A stretch of 42,215 nucleotides of DNA, taken from the NCBI GenBank assembly GCA_018992685.1, contig JACVGT010000004.1:1-42215 (forward strand). Reading direction: 5' to 3'. The translations under genes were made by a program, and so were the position numbers. Shown here one piece after another: positions 35,914 to 42,215 of the stretch. The notes beneath the pieces were generated by a model. It worked only from the letters and a program-made list of their open reading frames with translations, had not been told where the DNA came from and ran no database searches. Source of the stretch: Theionarchaea archaeon. GTDB lineage: Archaea > Methanobacteriota_B > Thermococci > Methanofastidiosales > SZ-28-30. The first letter of the stretch is position 1, and each line of letters starts with the position of its first letter.

Positions 35914-37266
35914 TCAGGATTCTTGGGCTCTTAACATATTCTGCTCCATGTTCTTGAACAGTTCCAGTTTCTGTTGGAGCAAATCGTGAGAAAAGTAGTA
36001 GAAGGATGGGAAGAGTTCAGGATATTTCTTGACCAGTGCAACCACTTCGGAGTATTGAAGGAGTTTTTCCCTGCCCAGCAGAAATCCGAGCCGATGGGCA
36101 ATTTCAGGGTCATTGGGAAATTTGATGTGGGCCTTGTATTCCATGTAGATGGTGGACTTTGGCAAGGGGGAAAGCAAAGCGAGCCGAGGTTTCACATGAG
36201 GCATGTTGGCTTGTTGAAAGACGGCCATCAGTGTGTCGTAGAAATCTTCAAGCGTCTCAAAGGGGTATCCCCAGATATACGATGTCTCCACATCTGTGTA
36301 GTGCGTCGTCTTCTCTATGACTCTTGAAGCTTCCTCAATTGTGAATTTTTTGTTGACCTTTTTCAAAACATTATTGGAGCCAGATTCTATTCCATACAAT
36401 ATCTCCCTGCACCCATTCTTGCCCATGACTTCCAGCAATTCCGGAGTCATCAAATTAATTCTTCCGTAACAGGTCCATGGAATGTCTATACGTTCTTCAT
36501 GAAGCTGTTCTGCAAAGTGAACAACTCGTTTCGGGTCAATCACGAAGGTATCATCATAGATGAACATGTTCTTGACTTTCTTTTCTTTCAGGATCTGGAG
36601 TTCTCCAATGACATTTCCCACACTTCTTTGAGTTATCTCTCTTTCCCACACAGAATGAGCGCTGCAAAAAGTACACCGATAGGGACATCCGCGGATCGTC
36701 ATCACCCCACCAACATAGTCGTAATCTCTGAATTCGATTTTGTCATATGCTGGGAACGGCAGGGAGTCAAGGTCTTGGATGCGCCTCCTCCGTGGAGTAA
36801 GGATAGTGTGATCATGCTCTCTATATGCAATGCCATCGATTTTCTCAAGGCTCCTGCCTGTGTCAAGGGCCTGCATTACGTCCAGTATTGTCTCCTCTCC
36901 TTCACCCACGACAACAATGTCTACAGGAAAGTGCTCCAGTATCTCTACAGGAATATCTGTAGGACCAGGTCCTCCCAGGATGATGATCTTATCTGGATGT
37001 TCGTTCTTCAGTTGCGCGACTGCTCCAAGCGTGGTAGGCAAGTCACTGCTAATGGCACTTATTCCTACGATTCTTTCAGGGACCTCTATGAACCCATGGA
37101 ACGTGTCAAAACCGAGTTTCTTCTGGGCTTGGTACGTCTGGTAGTCCTTGAATCGAACACTGTATCCATTAGCCTCAAGGACAGCAGTAATGAGCAGGGG
37201 GCCCACGGGAATGGCACCCTGACTGTGCTCGACCTGTGACGCATTGATGATGCTTATGTCACTCAT
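35914..37266 (-). CDS. Cobalamin-dependent radical SAM enzyme, paralog C
   Basis: Motifs ILGGP, GEGE, IRGCPYRCTFC, GIESGS and WGYP. Start placed at MSDISIIN (37266) after GGAGG, matching paralogs A and B. Confidence 0.9.
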   Translation of the reverse strand: MSDISIINASQVEHSQGAIPVGPLLITAVLEANGYSVRFKDYQTYQAQKKLGFDTFHGFIEVPERIVGISAISSDLPTTLGAVAQLKNEHPDKIIILGGPGPTDIPVEILEHFPVDIVVVGEGEETILDVMQALDTGRSLEKIDGIAYREHDHTILTPRRRRIQDLDSLPFPAYDKIEFRDYDYVGGVMTIRGCPYRCTFCSAHSVWEREITQRSVGNVIGELQILKEKKVKNMFIYDDTFVIDPKRVVHFAEQLHEERIDIPWTCYGRINLMTPELLEVMGKNGCREILYGIESGSNNVLKKVNKKFTIEEASRVIEKTTHYTDVETSYIWGYPFETLEDFYDTLMAVFQQANMPHVKPRLALLSPLPKSTIYMEYKAHIKFPNDPEIAHRLGFLLGREKLLQYSEVVALVKKYPELFPSFYYFSHDLLQQKLELFKNMEQNMLRAQES

Positions 37267-37824
37267 AATGTTCTCCTCCGTCTTTGTTATTCGGGTAGCT
37301 GTGAGGGGAGCCTGAACAAGGTAAATCCTCTCTCTGTGGTATTTTGCTGTAAGCCTTTTAAGTTTTTGCTCACGTACTATTCCCATCAAGAATATGGAAA
37401 TAGTCAACTGAGTCCTTCAGGAAATCTTAATGTATGTTACATGAAGAGCGACTTTGGTTACAGAGTGAAACAGAACGAAAGAAGGTATGATGGTAGGATT
37501 TCTTTCTCTACAATCTCAGCAATTCTAATATCTTCCAGTTGAAACTATTAGAAAGTGATCCTTTGTCCAGAACAGGAAGAAAATACACTGTGGGAAAAGA
37601 AATCTGAGGATTCTCTATCCCCTTAGGAAAAATCAAGCTGTGAAAATGTACATAATGCATCAAAAAGAACGCAGCATCCGCCCCACAGTTCTGGAGCAAT
37701 ATTCGTGGACTCTTCTCAAGGGTAAAACGGTGGAAAACCTTATATATAGAAGGGAGTATCTTGAGTAAGAACTTACATCATAAATATGCAAGTTCTTATA
37801 TAAAAAGTTAAGGAGGTGAAAATA

Positions 37825-39384
37825 ATGAGGATAAGTCGAAAGGTTTTATTTCTAGCCACGCTACTCTTACTGCTTTTTTCCTTCGCTGCAGCTGGCCAAG
37901 GATCCCGGAAAATAACTCTTCATGTACAGACAATGGGATACAAGGGAAGAGATCTTCTGGTAGTACAGGCTGAAATCACGGGGGAAGACCACGACTCATT
38001 CTTGGTGACCATCAGCAGAGACACCTTGTGCAAGATAGAAAAGGAGATCAACATTGAGAGATTGCCTGTTGTGAGAGTCAGTGAAACCACAGTGAAGGTT
38101 CCCAAGGATTACCTTGTTGAGATCAGCCCATCTGAATTTGTGGCTACGGTCCCCAATGATGTGGCCAGAATCAGGTGGAACCTCAGAGACAGAATGATCA
38201 ACACAAGCCCTGATGAAAAACTGCGTGTCATTGTCATGTTCAAAAATGGAAAGAATGTTTCGTTGCTCAGGAAATATGGTACTATTGTCTATGAATTTGC
38301 CAGTGGATTGGGAGCTACCGTCGATATCCCTGCTTCTCGCGTCAATTTGCTCTCTGAAGACCGTGCAGTGCTTTTCCTGGAAGATGATTTTGACGTACAG
38401 GTCATGTTGTCACAGAGCGTACCCTTGATTAATGCAGACGATGTATGGAACATGGGTTATGATGGCTCAGGTGTCAAGATCTGCCTCATCGATACGGGCA
38501 TTGATCCTAACCATTGTGATTTTCCCAGTGGAAAAATCATAGCCTGGAGAGATGTTGTGAACTCCAGCACGACCCCCTACGATGACCATGGTCACGGTAC
38601 ACATGTTGCGTCCATTGCTGCGGGAGAGACCTCGCCAAAGGGTGTGGCGCCTGGGGCTTCTCTCATGTGCTTCAAGGCAGTGAATTCCAGCGGATCATCT
38701 ACTGCAACCCAGGTCATTCAAGGTGTTGACTGGGGCGTGTACAATGGAGCTGATATCGAGAGCCTTTCCATTGCCACGTCCACAGGCTGCAATGATGGGA
38801 CCAGTTCGATGTCTCAGGAGTGCAACTGGGCCGTTGACCAAGGTGTCGTGCTGGTGGTGGCTGTTGGAAACGGCGGAAACGTGTGTACTATCGGTATACC
38901 TGGAGATGCGGAAAAGGTTATTACAGTGAGTGCCTGTGACAATTCTAAGAATCTGGCATCTTTCTGTTCAAGAGGGCCAACCTGTGATGACAGGGCTAAA
39001 CCAGATGTCGTGGCACCCGGAGTATCTGTGTATGCTGCTGATGCTGGAACGTCCTGCAGTAACGTTGCCATGTCTGGAACGTCCATGTCGACGCCTCATG
39101 TTTCAGGGATTGTTGCTCTCATGCTTGATGCACGACCTGGCTTGACCCCTCTGCAGGTCAAGAACGTACTGGGATTCACTGCAACAGACATGGGAACTGA
39201 AGGAAAGGATCTCAGCTGGGGCTGGGGTATCGTTGATGCATACAATGCTGTGAATCAGGCGCTTTACAACCCGAATGTAACTCCTCCAGCCCGTACTGAA
39301 TGGTGTGCTGGCTGCTGCGGGTGTCTAGGAACGGTGTTGATCGTATTCATGGTTCTCGTGGGAAGTGCAGTCACACTACGTTAG
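37825..39384 (+). CDS. S8 subtilisin-like serine protease with signal peptide, prodomain and C-terminal membrane anchor
   Basis: Catalytic triad motifs IDTG, HGTHVA and SGTSMS. GGAGGTGA RBS. Ends GCLGT plus a hydrophobic helix. Confidence 0.92.
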   Translation: MRISRKVLFLATLLLLLFSFAAAGQGSRKITLHVQTMGYKGRDLLVVQAEITGEDHDSFLVTISRDTLCKIEKEINIERLPVVRVSETTVKVPKDYLVEISPSEFVATVPNDVARIRWNLRDRMINTSPDEKLRVIVMFKNGKNVSLLRKYGTIVYEFASGLGATVDIPASRVNLLSEDRAVLFLEDDFDVQVMLSQSVPLINADDVWNMGYDGSGVKICLIDTGIDPNHCDFPSGKIIAWRDVVNSSTTPYDDHGHGTHVASIAAGETSPKGVAPGASLMCFKAVNSSGSSTATQVIQGVDWGVYNGADIESLSIATSTGCNDGTSSMSQECNWAVDQGVVLVVAVGNGGNVCTIGIPGDAEKVITVSACDNSKNLASFCSRGPTCDDRAKPDVVAPGVSVYAADAGTSCSNVAMSGTSMSTPHVSGIVALMLDARPGLTPLQVKNVLGFTATDMGTEGKDLSWGWGIVDAYNAVNQALYNPNVTPPARTEWCAGCCGCLGTVLIVFMVLVGSAVTLR

Positions 39385-39535
39385 AACTCTATTCTTTCTT
39401 TTTTTTGATTGGGCTATTTTTTCTTTCTTCTAGCACAGATGGTCATGTAAGAAAGAATGGGAAAGGAGAAATCGCCAATCCCAAGAGATTACTGACAGGA
39501 AGATCATATTGTGCCAAAAAAATAAAAAAATGAGA

Positions 39536-40714
39536 TTAGAGAGCTTTCTCAACAATCTCCACAATGTCTGCCATCTTCATCCTGGAGTTGATGGATTTGA
39601 TGGCAGTGTCAATGTTCTGGTAGCAAAATGGACAGGCAGAAACCAGGGTGTCTACTCCGGTGGATTCGGCCTCCTTTACTCGTTCGGCTGCCGACTCCGT
39701 GGCCCAGTCTAGGAATGCTGTCCTCACACCACCACCAGCACCACAGCACCAGGAATCAACGCCGTGTCTCTTCATTTCCACCAGTTCTACGCCGGGGATT
39801 GCCTTCAACACATTGCGGGGCGCATCTACTACTTCATTGTGTTTTCCTAGGTGACAGGGGTCATGGTAAGTTACCCGTAGGTTAACCTCTTTGGTAAATT
39901 CCAGACTGCCTTCCTTGATCAACCGATCCAGATACTGGACGGTGTGCAAGACTTCTGGCTTCAACTCCGAAATTTCAGGGTAGTCCTGGGAAATGGTCTT
40001 GAAGCATCCCGCACATGAGGTGACAATGGTACTCACTCCCAGATCATTGAAGGATTTAATGTTATCCTGTGCCAATGCCAGGCCAAAGTCACGTTCACCC
40101 ATCCTCAACAGCGTAGATCCACAGCAGCGTTCATCCTTTCCCAGAATGCCGAATTTGGTCCCCGCTTTGCTGAAGATTCTTGATGTGTTCTCTGCCAGTA
40201 TTTTGAGATTGGGATCATATGAGGCGGTACACCCCACATAGTACAGGACATCCCCGCCTTTCTTGATGTCAGGCACTTCCACATCGAGTTTCTTCGCCCA
40301 TCGGGCGCGTCCAGATCTGGGCTGCTGCCAGGGGTTATCATAATTCTTGATTGAGGTAACCAGTGGCTTGTGAGCGGGGAGACTTCCCAACCCTTTCTCC
40401 ACCAATCGGGCTCGCATGGCTTCATAGATATCCACAGTGGGTATGTCATTTTCACACTGCACCTTGCAGTTCCCGCAACAGGAGCACTTGTACAGAATAT
40501 CTGCCAGCTCTTGATCAGGTTCCAGGTTCCCATCCAGGTATGCCCTGATAATTTGCATTCTTCCTGAGCCGTAGAAGGCTTCCCACTCAAACTTCTTACC
40601 GGCAGGGCATCCTTCTGGGAATCCCTTCTCCGGTTCGTCCGTCCAGGTTGACTGGCAGAACTTACAGTGGATGCAGGTGTACACGAAGGGGGCGAAATCT
40701 TCAATTTGCTTCAT
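39536..40714 (-). CDS. Fe-S oxidoreductase with CCG domains (GlcF/HdrD-like)
   Basis: Ferredoxin-type motifs CIHCKFC and CSCCGNCKVQC, plus two CCG motifs, YHDPCHL and SACPFC. Confidence 0.9.
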   Translation of the reverse strand: MKQIEDFAPFVYTCIHCKFCQSTWTDEPEKGFPEGCPAGKKFEWEAFYGSGRMQIIRAYLDGNLEPDQELADILYKCSCCGNCKVQCENDIPTVDIYEAMRARLVEKGLGSLPAHKPLVTSIKNYDNPWQQPRSGRARWAKKLDVEVPDIKKGGDVLYYVGCTASYDPNLKILAENTSRIFSKAGTKFGILGKDERCCGSTLLRMGERDFGLALAQDNIKSFNDLGVSTIVTSCAGCFKTISQDYPEISELKPEVLHTVQYLDRLIKEGSLEFTKEVNLRVTYHDPCHLGKHNEVVDAPRNVLKAIPGVELVEMKRHGVDSWCCGAGGGVRTAFLDWATESAAERVKEAESTGVDTLVSACPFCYQNIDTAIKSINSRMKMADIVEIVEKAL

Positions 40715-42210
40715 GGGTATCCCTCCAGGAAATTCATGTCGAGACTCCCCGGGTGCATGATACCGTTGGGATCAAGCAGTTTCTTGAACCGCACCAGCAT
40801 GTTGTAATATTCGGGTGCCCTCTCATACATCATGGGGGCGTGAACAAATTTTCTGGGGCGGTAATTCAGCCATCCTTTGTCCAGGAATATCTCAGAGGTA
40901 GCCTTGTCAAACTCGTTCACCGCCTTCACTGATTCCGGGTCCTGAGCGCTGTAGCAGACAATGGGCATGCCAATGCAGTCTCTGCCATTCTTGATAGATG
41001 CCACCCAGTAGATGGGGTCGAACCCATATGCGGGCATCTCTTTCTCGCATATCTGACAGAATTCAGCTGTGTCTTTCCAGGGCAGGTACCAGGTGATGAA
41101 CAGGAATCCTCCGCCCTTTTCACCTGTCCTCTCATAGGACGCATAGGGGATGGCAATCTTATTGGGTTTCTTCAGCCGGGTTGCCTTTGCTTTGGGATGG
41201 ATGGGCAGTATCTCAGCTTTGGCTCCCTTGGCCTGCCATTCTTCTACAATTGCCTTTATAGTCTGTTTCTGTTCTTGCAGTTCTGCTTCGGTTTTTGCCC
41301 AGATTTCAAAGTTCATCATGTAATTGGGAACGTAGTACTTTTTCTGTCTCCAGGCGTTGATGTCCAGCAACCCCTGTTTTTCAAGTTCTTCTCTCTGTCT
41401 GACACCAGGTACCAGCCACCAGGGACCGCCCTGAACCATGACACCGATTTCCTGTTTCAATATGTCAAGTGAGATGTCCTGCAGTTCCTGAGCTGTTTCG
41501 AATCCTAGGAGTTCCAGATCAATATACGACATGTGGGGAACAATCTGCGTGGCCAGTTTGGTTATGACCCCCATAGTTCCCTGGGCGCCCAGGAATAGCC
41601 CTGTCATGTCAGGCCCGATGCCCCACCGGTAGAAAGGCTTGGCCCCGGGAAGGGCCCACGACCCTGTCTTCAGGACCTCTCCTGTGGGCAAAACAACCTC
41701 TAGCCCAAGACACAAATCTGCCTGTGGTCCATACTTGCTGGTGACAACAGAGAATCCTCTGTCCAGCGTATTTCCTACCACACTTCCTTCAGAAGGGGCT
41801 CCATCAGGTATGGGAGGTACCCACTCAGGATACTTCTCTCTGAAGTATCCCCAGATCTGGCCATTGGTGACACCGGGCTCCACCACCATGTATCGGGAGT
41901 CAGTGTCCACCTCGATGATCTTATTCATTCTGGACAGATCAAGCAATATCCCCCCAGGAACAGTGGGGGTTGCGGTACCGCCGCTGAGCCCTTTTGACTG
42001 GGGAGTTACGGGTATCTTATGTTCATTAGCATATTTGAGGATTTCTTGAATTTCTTCTACAGACTGCGGTCGAACAACGACATCTGCGGTCTCAGAATCA
42101 ATATCCATAATAGATTTTGCAATATAACTGATTCTAATAGGTTTTGAAGTGGTCACAAAGTTCTCTCCTACCAAGGTTTTCAGTACATTGACGTGCTTTT
42201 CCTCTATCAT
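40711..42210 (-). CDS. FAD-binding oxidoreductase (GlcD/VAO family)
   Basis: Motifs VVRPQSVEEI, LDLSRMNKI, VEPGV, GLEVVLPTGE, GAQGTMGVIT and KKLLDPNGIMHPG. Confidence 0.9.
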   Translation of the reverse strand: MIEEKHVNVLKTLVGENFVTTSKPIRISYIAKSIMDIDSETADVVVRPQSVEEIQEILKYANEHKIPVTPQSKGLSGGTATPTVPGGILLDLSRMNKIIEVDTDSRYMVVEPGVTNGQIWGYFREKYPEWVPPIPDGAPSEGSVVGNTLDRGFSVVTSKYGPQADLCLGLEVVLPTGEVLKTGSWALPGAKPFYRWGIGPDMTGLFLGAQGTMGVITKLATQIVPHMSYIDLELLGFETAQELQDISLDILKQEIGVMVQGGPWWLVPGVRQREELEKQGLLDINAWRQKKYYVPNYMMNFEIWAKTEAELQEQKQTIKAIVEEWQAKGAKAEILPIHPKAKATRLKKPNKIAIPYASYERTGEKGGGFLFITWYLPWKDTAEFCQICEKEMPAYGFDPIYWVASIKNGRDCIGMPIVCYSAQDPESVKAVNEFDKATSEIFLDKGWLNYRPRKFVHAPMMYERAPEYYNMLVRFKKLLDPNGIMHPGSLDMNFLEGYP

Positions 42211-42215
42211 AAATC

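Noticed and set aside
1-42215. CRISPR array, IS element, integrase or prophage
   Set aside because: I saw no regularly spaced repeats, transposase or recombinase motifs, or viral structural genes.

Overview
This window looks archaeal: it has BRE/TATA promoters, GGAGGTGA-type ribosome-binding sites, T-rich terminators and an MptA/FolE2-type cyclohydrolase. A Theionarchaea/Thermococci-like lineage is only a guess. The left part (0.4-13.4 kb) is mostly housekeeping or accessory genes: roadblock/LC7 and V4R proteins, a preQ0 operon (queD-queE-mptA-queC), a split biotin-dependent carboxyltransferase, an AlkD-like protein, an M20 peptidase, an MFS transporter and a membrane-anchored TPR protein. 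It also has a 750-bp 'empty' interval that appears to encode two divergent, partly complementary structured RNAs. The centre (13.9-37.3 kb) holds nine radical SAM genes in two apparent RiPP clusters. Cluster 1 is a 64-aa precursor with six Cys and a three-fold repeated leader motif, three paralogous rSAM/SPASM enzymes, a tandem-PqqD rSAM, a GNAT and a B12-dependent rSAM. It is bracketed by a ~116-bp, ~90% identical direct repeat of the TPR gene's 3' end. Cluster 2 is an unannotated 28-aa precursor (MYAKPMLEEITVRITADKWLISLPALPY, YxxPxL leader), an rSAM/SPASM, a stand-alone PqqD/RRE, three paralogous B12-dependent rSAMs, an M50-like membrane peptidase and an MFS exporter. A PAS histidine kinase/receiver pair lies between the clusters. 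The window ends with a membrane-anchored S8 protease and a GlcD/GlcF-like oxidoreductase pair. I saw no rRNA, tRNA, CRISPR array, integrase or transposase. All family calls come from motifs read by eye, not from database searches.
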